NCBI RefSeq assembly: GCF_001481685.1
Contig: NZ_CP006867.1
Location: forward strand, 810,001-842,000
Source of the DNA: Ignicoccus islandicus DSM 13165
GTDB taxonomy: Archaea; Thermoproteota; Thermoprotei_A; Sulfolobales; Ignicoccaceae
Length of the DNA: 32,000 bases
Reading direction: 5' to 3'
Part shown: positions 1 to 10,072 of the stretch, one piece after another
How positions within the stretch are numbered: position 1 is the stretch's first letter
How the letters are laid out: the number at the start of each line of letters is the position of its first letter
Notes under the pieces: model-generated
What the model was told of the DNA's origin: nothing
What the model saw: only the letters and a program-made list of their open reading frames with translations
The model's database searches: none
Program-made: the position numbers and the translations under genes

Positions 1-233
1 GGGAATAGAAATTCCTTAGCGTATTATTTTCATTATGGCGAACAGGATGAAGTATAGTCCCAAGATGGAATAGAAAGGTGGAAAGATATAGTATAGTTCG
101 TATCGTCCTTTGATGGTAGAAATCTGCGAGAAATAAAATAGTATAAGGATAAGTGAAACGCGTTCTCCTCGGTAATTACTAATATTATGAGAAAAGTCTG
201 TGAACTTTGATCCTTCAGATCGAAAATCTGAAC

Positions 234-830
234 TTAGAAGGTTACAGTTTCCATAATGGGTTCTTCTCCTTTCTTGATGATCAATACGTCGACTCCGTCT
301 CCCGATAAGCTATCTCTTGAAGAGGCAACCCGTATTGAGTCTATAGCTAAGTTCTTGGCGTCTTGAACGCTCATGTCCTCTCTGTATTCGCGCTCTAGGA
401 GGGCTATCGCTAAAGGCGCACCGCTACCTGCAGCCGCGTACTTCTCTTCTACTACCGAACCCACTGGATCTAATACGAAAATATGTGGGCCGGACGAATC
501 TATTCCTCCAAAGACGGTTTCCGTGAGTAGTGGGAACATCTTATAAGAATACAAGAGTACTCCCAGAAACCTCGCTGCTGATCGAACCTTCATTTCCTTC
601 CTTACGTTTAATTCGTATCTCTTGACCTCTAACTCTACAATTCTGCTTATCGTTTGCATGTCCGCGTACAGCCCCGCGCAAGCCATGCCCATCCTATTCC
701 CTATCTTGAATACTTTTTTCATAGATTTACTCATGACGAAACCTCCGTAACTCATCCTCTTTTCTGCCGCCAGCACGACGGCGTCGCTTAACTTAATGCC
801 AACCGCGGTAGCGCCTACGTATCCGCTCAC
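234..830 (-). CDS. psmB: Proteasome beta subunit, non-catalytic-type paralog (Ala at the Thr1 position)
   Basis: 198 aa ORF with proteasome beta N-terminal pattern GATAVGIKLSDAVVLAAEKR...SKSMKKVFKI and C-terminal DGVDVLIIKK; Lys33-like and Glu17-like residues present, Thr1 replaced by Ala. Confidence 0.93.
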   Translation of the reverse strand: MSGYVGATAVGIKLSDAVVLAAEKRMSYGGFVMSKSMKKVFKIGNRMGMACAGLYADMQTISRIVELEVKRYELNVRKEMKVRSAARFLGVLLYSYKMFPLLTETVFGGIDSSGPHIFVLDPVGSVVEEKYAAAGSGAPLAIALLEREYREDMSVQDAKNLAIDSIRVASSRDSLSGDGVDVLIIKKGEEPIMETVTF

Positions 831-1300
831 TTCGCATCTCCGCGGTAATTCGTAGGGGTGGATCCTTTTAGGTTAGCCTTTTCCTCTCCGGCGTTCTCAA
901 TCTCAATCGAAACGATCTGAAACTCCTCTCCCTTCACGATTTCGACGTCAGACGATCCGCATCTAGGGCACTTCAAAATTTCGCTTATCAAGTGTGGATA
1001 TAGGTGAAGGATCGGTAGGTTGACTTCCAAGTCTGGATATACGTCCCTGAAACTCCACTGGGCCCCGCAATTCCTACACTTGAACTCGGATTTCACCAAC
1101 TCTACCTCTAGCTGGGCTCCCTCCAAAGGGGTTCCTATGCTATATATTTCCATTGCGTTCTTCAAGGCTTCTATGTCAATTAGGCTCAGTTCGCCTATTC
1201 TCATCTTAATTTTCTTTACCCTTACGTTTTCCAAATTCTTATTCTTTAGGAAATCCAGTACGGAGCTTATGATCATCTGAGCGTAACTACCTTCGTGCAT
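827..1300 (-). CDS. hypA: Hydrogenase/urease nickel incorporation protein HypA
   Basis: Starts MHE, contains MRIGELSLID and two CxxC motifs (CRNC...CPRC) with the long archaeal-type zinc loop; overlaps the next gene by 4 bp. Confidence 0.88.
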   Translation of the reverse strand: MHEGSYAQMIISSVLDFLKNKNLENVRVKKIKMRIGELSLIDIEALKNAMEIYSIGTPLEGAQLEVELVKSEFKCRNCGAQWSFRDVYPDLEVNLPILHLYPHLISEILKCPRCGSSDVEIVKGEEFQIVSIEIENAGEEKANLKGSTPTNYRGDAK

Positions 1301-1867
1301 AACATGTTATCCCTACCATTGGACGCGGCGAGAGTTATTGAGCTTCTTCATAATACGTATAACGAAGTAATCGCCGTAACGCCTACCGGCTACTCTTGTT
1401 TAGGAGTATATCCTCGAGAGGGGGCCTCGCTGGAATTCAGGGCGTTCAAAGGCAAGTTTCAGGAAAGCTTGAGGAACGTAAACGAAATAAACGTATTTTC
1501 GTCGTTTAAGCCAATCGATTACGTGGAGGCCGCGCTAACTAAGGACTTGGAGCTAATTGAAACGCCTTTAGGGCTCGGTCCTAAGCACTGGTACTTAGCT
1601 ATCAAGTGCGAAGTTAGCGAACTAGGAGGCTCGGATCCAGTTATATATGAATGCGTACCTAGAGAAGCCTTCTATAGACCGGCGCCTCCGCCCAGTCGTT
1701 CCTTCTTCTACGTTCTCGAAGCAGCCGTTTACGCTTCGAGGTGGTTCCTAAAACCCGAATACGTGGACAAAGCCGTTGAATTGCTCCTAGAAGGCTACAG
1801 GCTCGGTGACGAGTTAGACAGAGCAGCAGTTGGAAAGGTTCTAAGGTACCTTATGGAAAGAGTGTAG
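1295..1867 (+). CDS. Conserved archaeal hypothetical protein, possibly DUF447-like (flavin split-barrel)
   Basis: 190 aa ORF; TPTGYSCLGVYPREG...LGPKHWYLAIKCEV is reminiscent of DUF447. GTG start at 1295 or ATG at 1304. Confidence 0.5.
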   Translation: MHNMLSLPLDAARVIELLHNTYNEVIAVTPTGYSCLGVYPREGASLEFRAFKGKFQESLRNVNEINVFSSFKPIDYVEAALTKDLELIETPLGLGPKHWYLAIKCEVSELGGSDPVIYECVPREAFYRPAPPPSRSFFYVLEAAVYASRWFLKPEYVDKAVELLLEGYRLGDELDRAAVGKVLRYLMERV

Positions 1868-1911
1868 TCTATAATCATTAGTCGCGCTCAGATAAGAGGG
1901 GTCTCGGTATA

Positions 1912-3009
1912 TTGGATAATAAGTTTCTGACACTCATCGTAATTGCGTTCTTAGGTACAACTATTTCAAGGACCTTGAGAATGGGTACAGCGTTCTTGAC
2001 GATATCGGAAGGTTTCAGCTTCCTTTCTTTGCTCGCCGCCACGTTTGCAATAGGCAGGATACTGTCCTCGTACCTAAGCGGAATAAGTACCGAGAAGTAC
2101 GGCTCTAAGGTCGCTTCTCTTGGGATAAGCGTGATTGCACTAACCGGATTGGGATACGCCGTCCTCCCAGCGGTGACGTATTTACCGCTACGAATACTGC
2201 ACGGCTTGGCCTCTGGTATAGCGTGGCCCTCCCTGCAAACGCTAGTAATGAGCAGCGTTGGTGAGGAAAAGAGAGGTAGAGCCTCCTCGCTATACTTCAT
2301 TGCTACCAATTCAGCGTGGATATTGGCGTTTCTAATTGGTAGCATTATAGATAGGAACGCCATGGTAGTTTCGTCAGCCTTATTGATTCTAATAGCTCTA
2401 GTAATGTTAAAGTTAGACGTGCGAGTGGGAGTTAAAGCGAAAAAAGGCAAAGGCAAAGGGAAGAAGAGGTTCGTACCTCCTAATGAGGCAATAGCGTTAG
2501 GCGGACTCGCAGTAGGCTTCATGACTCTATTAGTGAACACGGAAGTCGCGATCGCCGTTCTAGGCTTAGAATTCGAAAAGACCGTCATCGGGATCGTTCT
2601 GGCGGTAGCGGCTCTCATAGGAGCGGTCGTTAGCTATTTAGTTAATAGGAAGTTAATAGACTACTTGGAAACGCACTTATCCTTGCTACTACCCTCTGTT
2701 GCGACCCCCGTTGCCTCAACTTTGATTTACGTTTCCCCCATGACCTCGTCCGTAGGCGTCCTAGTTACGAAGGCGGCTGTCTCGTGGTGGAGATCAACCC
2801 TCTTAGGCCTTTCCAGAGCTCAAGAAACGGGGAAGAGGGTCGGGCTTTTCAACTCAAGTGCCGACGCGGGCAGAATCATAGGAGCGTTCATAGCTTCCCA
2901 AGGAGCAGCGATGCTACCCATACTCTCAGCGCTTTCGTTCGTTCTAGGACTAGCCTCGTGGACGCTCTCTTTGAAAAGTAGGGGAGAAGTTAGCGAAGAT
3001 AAAAAGTAG
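1912..3009 (+). CDS. Major facilitator superfamily transporter
   Basis: 365 aa multi-TM ORF with MFS features (GRILSSYLSGISTEKYGSK, RILHGLASGIAWPSLQ); TTG start. Confidence 0.85.
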   Translation: MDNKFLTLIVIAFLGTTISRTLRMGTAFLTISEGFSFLSLLAATFAIGRILSSYLSGISTEKYGSKVASLGISVIALTGLGYAVLPAVTYLPLRILHGLASGIAWPSLQTLVMSSVGEEKRGRASSLYFIATNSAWILAFLIGSIIDRNAMVVSSALLILIALVMLKLDVRVGVKAKKGKGKGKKRFVPPNEAIALGGLAVGFMTLLVNTEVAIAVLGLEFEKTVIGIVLAVAALIGAVVSYLVNRKLIDYLETHLSLLLPSVATPVASTLIYVSPMTSSVGVLVTKAAVSWWRSTLLGLSRAQETGKRVGLFNSSADAGRIIGAFIASQGAAMLPILSALSFVLGLASWTLSLKSRGEVSEDKK

Positions 3010-3011
3010 TT

Positions 3012-4013
3012 TCACTCTTCCTCTAATCCCATCATTTTCCTAAGTTCCCTTCCGACCTTCTCGGCAGGGTGTTCCTTAACTTTCTCCATGAGCTCCGTTA
3101 ATTTCTTGGATCCGCTCTTGTATTCCTCGACCCATTCCTTCGCGAATTCGCCATTGAGAACCCTTTCTGAAGCCTTCTTCATGTTCTCCTTGACGTGTTC
3201 GTCTATTACCCTAGGACCTACAGTTAAGCCTCCGTACTTGGCGGTGTCGCTAACCCTCTTTAGCATTCCGTAGAAGCCGTACTGCCATATTAAGTCCATT
3301 ATCAATTTCGCTTCGTTTATTGCCTCGAAGTAAGCTATTTCCGGTTGGTAACCGAGTTCTACCAAGTTCTCGAAGCCCTTTAGCAAGAGCTCCATTAAAC
3401 CGCCTACCAGTACGGTTTGCTCTCCTATGAGATCGGTCTCGGTCTCCTCCTTAAACGTGGTCTTTATCACTCCGGCTCTGGTGCAGCCTATGGCTTTCGC
3501 AATTGCTAGTACCAAATCCCAAGCCTTTCCAGTAGCGTCTTGGTGAACCGCCACTAGAGCTGGAACGCCCCTTCCTTGTAAGTAAGCTTCCCTCACTTTG
3601 GGACCTGGGCTCTTGGGAGCCACCATTACAACGTCTACGTTCTTAGGAGGTTTAATTAGGCCGTAGTGGATGTTGAAACCGTGAGCGAATACTAAAGCGT
3701 TCCCCTCTTCCAAGTTGGGTTCAATGTATTTCTCGTATACTTCGGGTTGAGCCATGTCGGGAATTAGCATTACTATTACGTCCGCCTTCTTAGCTGCCTC
3801 TGGAATGGGAAGTGGTTCGAAGCCGTCTGCCTTCGCTTGATCCCAGCTCTTCCCGTTGGGTCTCAGACCTACTATTACGTCCACGCCGCTGTCTCTCATA
3901 TTTAGTGCCCAAGCCCTACCTTGAGATCCGTAACCTATCACAGCGACTTTCCTTCCCTTTAGAGGCTCTAAGCTAACGTCTTCGTCTTTCCATATTTGGG
4001 CCATCGCGTGCAC
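3012..4013 (-). CDS. ilvC: Ketol-acid reductoisomerase
   Basis: [66 protein letters not shown]. Likely true start is the ATG at 4004, preceded by GAGGTG. Confidence 0.97.
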   Translation of the reverse strand: MHAMAQIWKDEDVSLEPLKGRKVAVIGYGSQGRAWALNMRDSGVDVIVGLRPNGKSWDQAKADGFEPLPIPEAAKKADVIVMLIPDMAQPEVYEKYIEPNLEEGNALVFAHGFNIHYGLIKPPKNVDVVMVAPKSPGPKVREAYLQGRGVPALVAVHQDATGKAWDLVLAIAKAIGCTRAGVIKTTFKEETETDLIGEQTVLVGGLMELLLKGFENLVELGYQPEIAYFEAINEAKLIMDLIWQYGFYGMLKRVSDTAKYGGLTVGPRVIDEHVKENMKKASERVLNGEFAKEWVEEYKSGSKKLTELMEKVKEHPAEKVGRELRKMMGLEEE

Positions 4014-4037
4014 CTCGCGTTGGGTTTTAGGACAGAA

Positions 4038-4056
4038 GGAAATTTATTTATAGTTG
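4038..4056 (-). promoter_or_regulatory. Putative archaeal TATA-box promoter for ilvC
   Basis: Minus-strand CTATAAATAAATTTCC ~40 nt upstream of the ilvC ATG. Confidence 0.5.
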
Positions 4057-4073
4057 ATCTTTAGCGAACCTTA

Positions 4074-4090
4074 GAGAAAACTTATATAGA
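4074..4090 (+). promoter_or_regulatory. Putative BRE/TATA promoter of the thermosome gene
   Basis: GAGAAAACTTATATAG upstream of the ORF, followed by GGTGA (SD-like) at ~4116 and an ATG at 4126. Confidence 0.6.
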
Positions 4091-4116
4091 ACCGGTGAAT
4101 ACCACATCCATGGTGG

Positions 4117-5745
4117 GTGAACGCGATGGCGGCGAGACCTATCGAGAGCATGGGTGTCCCGGTAGTAATACTAAAGGAAGGTTCCAGCAGAACTTACGGT
4201 AGGGAAGCTCTAAGGAGCAACATGATGGCTGCTAGAGCCGTTGCAGAGGTGTTGAGGACCACCTTTGGACCTAAGGGCATGGACAAGATGCTGGTAGACA
4301 GCTTGGGCGACATCACCATAACCAATGACGGTGCAACCATCCTGGACAAGATGGACCTACAGCACCCCGCAGCTAAGCTACTAGTCCAAATCTCCAAGGG
4401 TCAAGACGAGGAGGTAGGCGACGGTACCAAGAGGGCCGTCATCTTCGCTGGAGAACTCCTAAAGCAGGCTGAGGACCTCCTAAACAAGGACGTCCATCCG
4501 ACCATAATTATTCAAGGTTACAAGAAGGCCCTAGAGAGGGCGCTCGAGAAAATAAACGAGGTCGCAGAGGCTATTGATCCAACTGATAAGGAGAAGTTGA
4601 AGAGGATAGCCCTTACCAGCCTGGCTAGCAAGGGCGTACAAGAGGCCCGCGAATACTTCGCCGAAATAGCAGTAGAGGCAGTGGATACTATCAAGGAGAA
4701 GAGAGGCGACAAGTGGTACGTTGACTTAGATTACGTACAAATAGTAAAGAAGCACGGAGGCAGCCTGAAGGACACTAAGTTAGTGAAGGGCGTAATCCTC
4801 GACAAGGAAGTAGTACACCCCGGTATGCCCAAGAGAGTAGAGAACGCGAAGATAGCCGTACTCGACACGCCGTTAGAAATCGAGAAGCCTGAACTAGACG
4901 CAGAGATAAGGATAACTAGCCCAGAGCAGCTCAAGCTCCTATTAGAAGAGAAGGAAGAGATACTGAGGAAGAAGGTCGAGAAGCTCAAAGAGGTCGGCGC
5001 TAACGTAGTGATAACTCAGAAGGGTATCGACGAAGTTGCTCAGTACTACCTCGCGAAGAACGGCATCCTAGCCGTAAGGAGGGTAAAGAGGAGCGACCTA
5101 GAGAAGGTAGCGAGAGCCACCGGAGCGAGGATAATCAGCAACATCGAAGACCTAACTCCCGAAGACCTAGGTGAGGCCCAGTTAGTCGAAGAGAGGAAGG
5201 TAGGAGACGACAAGATGGTATTCATCGAAGGCGCCAAGAACCCAAGAGCAGTATCCATACTCGTGAGGGGAGGCTTCGAGAGGATAGTCGATGAAGCTGA
5301 GAGGAGCCTAAGAGACGCCCTAAGCGCTGTCGCCGACGCTGTGAAGGCAGGAAAGATAGTAGGCGCGGGCGGAGCCCCTGAAGTGGAACTGGCGCTAGAC
5401 TTGAGAGAGTTCGCCAGGAAGGTTGGAGGCAAGGAGCAGCTAGCCGTTGAGGCCTTCGCCAGAGCTCTCGAAGGAGTGGTTATGGCGCTCGTCGAGAACG
5501 CCGGTCTCGACCCAGTAGAGAAGCTAATGCAACTAAGAGCCAAGCACAGCAACGGTTGCAAGCACTGCGGCGTCGACGTATACACTGGCGAGATCGTAGA
5601 CATGGTCGAGAAAGGTAACTTCGAGGCAGTAGCAGTTCCAGCTAACGCCATCAAGAGCGGAACTGAGGCGGCAACTCTGATACTCAGGATCGACGACATC
5701 GTCGTAGCTGGAAAGAAGGAAGAAGAAAAGGAGAAGAAGCCCTAA
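4117..5745 (+). CDS. Thermosome (group II chaperonin) subunit
   Basis: [64 protein letters not shown]; 542 aa. Likely true start is the ATG at 4126. Confidence 0.97.
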   Translation: MNAMAARPIESMGVPVVILKEGSSRTYGREALRSNMMAARAVAEVLRTTFGPKGMDKMLVDSLGDITITNDGATILDKMDLQHPAAKLLVQISKGQDEEVGDGTKRAVIFAGELLKQAEDLLNKDVHPTIIIQGYKKALERALEKINEVAEAIDPTDKEKLKRIALTSLASKGVQEAREYFAEIAVEAVDTIKEKRGDKWYVDLDYVQIVKKHGGSLKDTKLVKGVILDKEVVHPGMPKRVENAKIAVLDTPLEIEKPELDAEIRITSPEQLKLLLEEKEEILRKKVEKLKEVGANVVITQKGIDEVAQYYLAKNGILAVRRVKRSDLEKVARATGARIISNIEDLTPEDLGEAQLVEERKVGDDKMVFIEGAKNPRAVSILVRGGFERIVDEAERSLRDALSAVADAVKAGKIVGAGGAPEVELALDLREFARKVGGKEQLAVEAFARALEGVVMALVENAGLDPVEKLMQLRAKHSNGCKHCGVDVYTGEIVDMVEKGNFEAVAVPANAIKSGTEAATLILRIDDIVVAGKKEEEKEKKP

Positions 5746-6111
5746 CTTTAAAGCCTAAACGTTTTCTTTAGATCGGACTAAATCTAACGTTTCGTTCTTT
5801 TGATTCTCCTCTGTTCCATCCTTATCGAAGTTCGCGTTTCAGTTTAATGGAGTTCCCCATCCGTTCTAGAACTGTTTTTAGAGTTTTAGTGCAACGTTTA
5901 ACGCTTTAGTTTATTGAACAACGGTAATAGACAATAGTCTGAGTTCACCCTTATGAGATTTGCGTGCAATCTAGGTCCAAGTATCTGCGATAGCGTAACG
6001 AATTCTAATTCCAATTAGCGTAGACGCGATCAAATCTAACTCGGTTTTAAAAATTCCTATAAGAAGAAAAACGTCCTAACATAATTGCCCAGACCGAGCA
6101 TTTAGTAAACG

Positions 6112-7239
6112 GTGAAAATTTCGATGAAGGAAAAGATCTTGATACTAGGCGGTGGCGTTGCCGGCCTTACTTTCGCCAAGGAACTCGCTGCTAGGGGAAT
6201 CGAAAGTACTGTAATAAGCCTTCACGACTATTACATCAGCGGTCCCTCCAGGCCTCTAGTGCTTAGCGGCGAACAACAAGTGGACAGGATAACTAGGGGA
6301 TACAACTTCCTTCCCAAGGAAGTGAAGGTCAAGTACGGAAGAGTTGTTAGGGTCGATTTGGATAATAACAAGGTAGTTCTAGCACACGGAACCTCTGAAA
6401 AGGAAGTGGAATACGAATACCTAGCTATAGCATTAGGCACCCGCTACGCTTACGATGCTATCAAGATTGAAGACCACGTCTTCAACGTGTACGACTTAGG
6501 TAAGCTGTTCGACTTGAAGAACTTGATATGGAACGCTACTGAAGGCACCATCGTAGTTAACGCTCCTAAGATGCCTTACCGCTGTGCGCCCGCGCCCGGC
6601 GAGACGGTAATGACTATCGATATGGTACTGAGGCACAGAGGCGTTAGGGACAAGTTTAAGCTGATATTCGTTGACGCTAACGAGAAGCCTCAGCCAGCGG
6701 TAATAGCTGACGTATGGCTAAGCTTGTTCGAGAAGGCACAGATCGAAGTTCACCTAGGAAAGGAGATTACCGAAGTTACTAAGGAAGGCGTAGTGCTAAG
6801 CGATGGAACTGAAATTAAGGCCGACTACAAGGTAATACTACCGCCTAACAAACCAGCGCTCTTCGAGAATTGGCTAGAAGTAAGAGGTCCGAAGGACCTA
6901 AGGTTGAAGGACTACGACAACGTCTTTGCTATAGGTGAGGTAGCCAAGTTACCCTTCCCCAAGAACGCTGAAGTCACTATGATAAGCGCTAGGAACGCCG
7001 CCATAAAGCTCATGGAGATGCTCGGAGTAGGCGGTGGGAATTACATTGACTACAAGTTCTCAGGATGGGCCTACGCCGGTAACTTGAGCGGTGAGTTGAA
7101 GACTCTGAGCGTACAGTTCAGCTTGGACTTCAGCTCTGGAAAGCCTGTAGGTAGCAAGGACCCAGAGCCTAAGTACGAATACACCCAAAGGAAGGACGCA
7201 TGGGAACAAGGATTACTGAAGCAATTATTCGGGTACTAA
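6112..7239 (+). CDS. FAD-dependent pyridine nucleotide-disulfide oxidoreductase, sulfide:quinone oxidoreductase/flavocytochrome c-like
   Basis: KILILGGGVAGLTFAKELAARG (FAD Rossmann), MPYRCAPAPGE, YDNVFAIGEVAKLPFPK. Confidence 0.75.
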   Translation: MKISMKEKILILGGGVAGLTFAKELAARGIESTVISLHDYYISGPSRPLVLSGEQQVDRITRGYNFLPKEVKVKYGRVVRVDLDNNKVVLAHGTSEKEVEYEYLAIALGTRYAYDAIKIEDHVFNVYDLGKLFDLKNLIWNATEGTIVVNAPKMPYRCAPAPGETVMTIDMVLRHRGVRDKFKLIFVDANEKPQPAVIADVWLSLFEKAQIEVHLGKEITEVTKEGVVLSDGTEIKADYKVILPPNKPALFENWLEVRGPKDLRLKDYDNVFAIGEVAKLPFPKNAEVTMISARNAAIKLMEMLGVGGGNYIDYKFSGWAYAGNLSGELKTLSVQFSLDFSSGKPVGSKDPEPKYEYTQRKDAWEQGLLKQLFGY

Positions 7240-7283
7240 TTTTTTGATCTCCCTTATTTCTTCGCTTTCGGTGTTGTAAATTT

Positions 7284-7925
7284 ATGAAAGAGATATTGTA
7301 CGACACTTACCAACAGAAGCCCGTTGTTAGGAACGCCAAGTCACGTCCTCACCTCGTCTATCGGGAATGCGAGAGCGGTTTGGAATTGAAAGTGGTTGTA
7401 CGGGACGAGGACGTAGAAAAAGTATTAGATGCGTTAAAGGGGAACTTGCCTGACGAGGTCCTCAACGCCCTTGGGATAGAGGCCACCGGAGAGGACTTGG
7501 AGGAGCTGTGTTCCGAGTTGATGAGCTTGGGCTACTCATGTATTCTGGAGAGCTTTGAGGAGAACGGGGAGTATTGCGAGAGATTAGAGGTCGACTTAAT
7601 TCCTCAACAAGATTACGTTTTAGTGGAAGTAAGCGGCAAGAAAGTCAAGACGAAACCGTACGAGGATGTGATAGGGTTCGTGGAACTCGAGGTTCGTAGA
7701 GGAGCGGTAGTATCTCTGCGAGCCGCGGTAGAAGAGAAGGCGGTGAAGGAGGTAGTGCAATCTCGAGATCCAATGAGGAAGATCTTAGAACTCTATGGAT
7801 TAGACGTGGATCTTAAGAACTTCGACGTAATTTCTCTTCTATCTTTAATCGAATCGAAATACGACTACTACTCTATAGATATAGAAAGGGATGGGGACGA
7901 CTACAGGGTATATATAATACTTTAG
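7284..7925 (+). CDS. Hypothetical protein
   Basis: 213 aa ORF with acidic/charged composition typical of the surrounding genes; no family recognised. Confidence 0.65.
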   Translation: MKEILYDTYQQKPVVRNAKSRPHLVYRECESGLELKVVVRDEDVEKVLDALKGNLPDEVLNALGIEATGEDLEELCSELMSLGYSCILESFEENGEYCERLEVDLIPQQDYVLVEVSGKKVKTKPYEDVIGFVELEVRRGAVVSLRAAVEEKAVKEVVQSRDPMRKILELYGLDVDLKNFDVISLLSLIESKYDYYSIDIERDGDDYRVYIIL

Positions 7926-7991
7926 CGAATCAGTGGGCGTGAAACTCATTTTTAAGATGAGAGTCGGTTCCATTCCGGGGAACTTCGCAAG

Positions 7992-9887
7992 TTGAATTAT
8001 AAGGATCTGGGTCTTAAAGTAGGTCTCGAATTACACCAACAATTGAAGACCGAGAGGAAACTGTTCTGCCACTGCAAACCGGAACTCGTTGAAGAAGACG
8101 AGGAAGATGTGTTCGAGAGGAGACTGAGACCCGTTAGGAGCGAATTGGGCGAAGTGGACATAGCGGCCCTTTTCGAGTGGAGGAAGGGAAGAACCTACGT
8201 CTACCACGCTCCCCGCTCTGCTTCTTGTTTAGTTGAAGCTGACGAGGAACCACCTCACGACGTGGACACTGATAGCATTGTAATTGCCCTAGCCATGGCT
8301 AGGGCCTTCGGCTCACACGTCGTAGACGAAGTACACGTTATGAGGAAGATGGTTATCGACGGATCCAATACCTCGGGCTTCCAGAGGACTATGCTAGTCG
8401 CCTTGGGCGGTAAGGTTAAGATAGGAGAGAAGGAGATAGGTATACAGACCATATGCGTAGAGGAGGACGCAGCTAGGAAAATAAAGGAGGAAGGAAGGTT
8501 CATACACTACAAATTGGATAGGCTTGGGATACCTCTAATAGAAATAGCTACAGCACCGGACATTGAGACCCCGCAAGAAGCTAAGACTGTAGCTTTGAGA
8601 ATAGGCCAAATGTTGAGGCTCACTGGGAGAGTGAAGAGGGGCCTTGGAACTATAAGGCAAGACTTGAACGTTTCGATAAAGGGAGGAGCCAAGACTGAAA
8701 TTAAGGGCGTTCAGAAACTCGAAATAATAGATAAAGTAATTGAGTACGAAGTGATGCGTCAATTGAGACTGCTTGAAATAAGGGATGAATTAATTAAGAG
8801 AGGTGTAACGAAGGAGGAAGTATTGTCTCAAAAGGAAAAGGACGTAACGCATATTGCGATGAGATCTCAAAGCAAGCTGGTTAGAAAGGCGTTAGATGGG
8901 GGAGCGGGAGCTTGGGCAATAAGGTTACCTAAGTTCGCTGGACTCCTAGGGAAGGAAGTTCAGCCCAACAGGAGGTTCGGAACAGAATTAGCTGATTACG
9001 CTAAGTTCTGGGCAGGCGTTGGCGGTATCATACACAGCGACGAGTTGCCGAAGTACGGGATAACTATTGAAGAAGTGAAAGCGATCAAGGAGGAGCTCGG
9101 CTGTTCCGAAGAGGACGCTTTCGTAATTGTCTTAGCGACCTCCGATCAAGCTAGACTGGCTCTAGAGGCCGTGAAGGAAAGAGCCGCTAAGGCAATAGAA
9201 GGCGTTCCCGAAGAGACGCGCGCAGCTAATCCAGATGGTACCACCCGATTCCTAAGACCTAGACCCGGTGCAGCTAGGATGTATCCCGAGACCGACGTAC
9301 CTCCCGTAACGATAACAGAGGAAATGTTAGCGAAAGCCGAGAAGCTAAAGCCTAAGAATCCAGTGGAACTTTTGATGGAGCTCACCTCAAAGTACGGCCT
9401 ATCCAAGGACATGGCCGAAAAGGCAATCTCTAGCGTTAGGTTCGATCTAACGTATAGGCTCATAAAGAAGTACCACGGCAAGCTCCCCTCTTCAATTATT
9501 GTGAGGACGGTCGTTGATACATTGAAGGAGCTAGAGAGGGAGGGAATAGAAACAGATAAAATAAGAGATGAGCAGATAGAGGAGGTATTGGATGAGGTCA
9601 GTAAAGGTACCATAGCTAAGGAAGTGATACCGGACGTCCTCAGGGAAGTGAGCAAGGGTAAGAGCGTTAAGGATGCTATAAAGGACTTAGGTCTTACGGA
9701 GAAGGTAGACGTGGAAGGAATAGTCAGGGAAGTCGTCCAGAGCTTGAGAGAGGAAATAATGAAGAGAGGTCCCGATAGGAGCTTCGGTCTCGTCATGGGT
9801 CGCGTAATGGAGAAAGTAAGAGGCAAGGTCGATGGTAAAGTAGTCGCTCAAGCGGTTAGGAAGGCATTGGAGGAACTCGGGAAATGA
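7992..9887 (+). CDS. gatE: Glutamyl-tRNA(Gln) amidotransferase subunit E
   Basis: LKVGLELHQQLKTERKLFCHC, RRFGTELADYAKFW, GAARMYPETDVPPVTI; C-terminal GatB/YqeY-like domain; TTG start. Confidence 0.96.
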   Translation: MNYKDLGLKVGLELHQQLKTERKLFCHCKPELVEEDEEDVFERRLRPVRSELGEVDIAALFEWRKGRTYVYHAPRSASCLVEADEEPPHDVDTDSIVIALAMARAFGSHVVDEVHVMRKMVIDGSNTSGFQRTMLVALGGKVKIGEKEIGIQTICVEEDAARKIKEEGRFIHYKLDRLGIPLIEIATAPDIETPQEAKTVALRIGQMLRLTGRVKRGLGTIRQDLNVSIKGGAKTEIKGVQKLEIIDKVIEYEVMRQLRLLEIRDELIKRGVTKEEVLSQKEKDVTHIAMRSQSKLVRKALDGGAGAWAIRLPKFAGLLGKEVQPNRRFGTELADYAKFWAGVGGIIHSDELPKYGITIEEVKAIKEELGCSEEDAFVIVLATSDQARLALEAVKERAAKAIEGVPEETRAANPDGTTRFLRPRPGAARMYPETDVPPVTITEEMLAKAEKLKPKNPVELLMELTSKYGLSKDMAEKAISSVRFDLTYRLIKKYHGKLPSSIIVRTVVDTLKELEREGIETDKIRDEQIEEVLDEVSKGTIAKEVIPDVLREVSKGKSVKDAIKDLGLTEKVDVEGIVREVVQSLREEIMKRGPDRSFGLVMGRVMEKVRGKVDGKVVAQAVRKALEELGK

Positions 9888-10072
9888 GCGCTGACCCATT
9901 GAGGGTCACTGTGGCCGCTATCCTAATGCTTATTGCAATAGGTATATTGTTTCAAACGGCTACATTCGTCTCATCTATTATAGGCCTTAAGGGCGTGGCT
10001 AAGTGGATATTGATTTTGGTTGACGTCCTAACTTGCCTCGTTATGGCCTTCTGGGTTCTGAACGTTTACTAA
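9884..10072 (+). CDS. Small two-TM membrane protein
   Basis: 62 aa hydrophobic ORF with ATG overlapping the gatE stop (ATGA); its 3' end overlaps convergent carB. Confidence 0.5.
   Translation: MSADPLRVTVAAILMLIAIGILFQTATFVSSIIGLKGVAKWILILVDVLTCLVMAFWVLNVY

Noticed and set aside
1878-2618. 246 aa minus-strand ORF antisense to the MFS transporter
   Set aside because: Low-complexity Ser/Thr/Ala/Pro composition typical of the reverse of a real gene; fully contained within a well-supported CDS.
5046-5699. 217 aa minus-strand ORF antisense to the thermosome gene (similar cases at 4194-4988)
   Set aside because: Shadow ORFs opposite a confidently identified chaperonin gene.
9146-9826. 226 aa minus-strand ORF antisense to gatE (and the overlapping 9687..9899)
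   Set aside because: Shadow ORF composition, no motifs, fully inside gatE.
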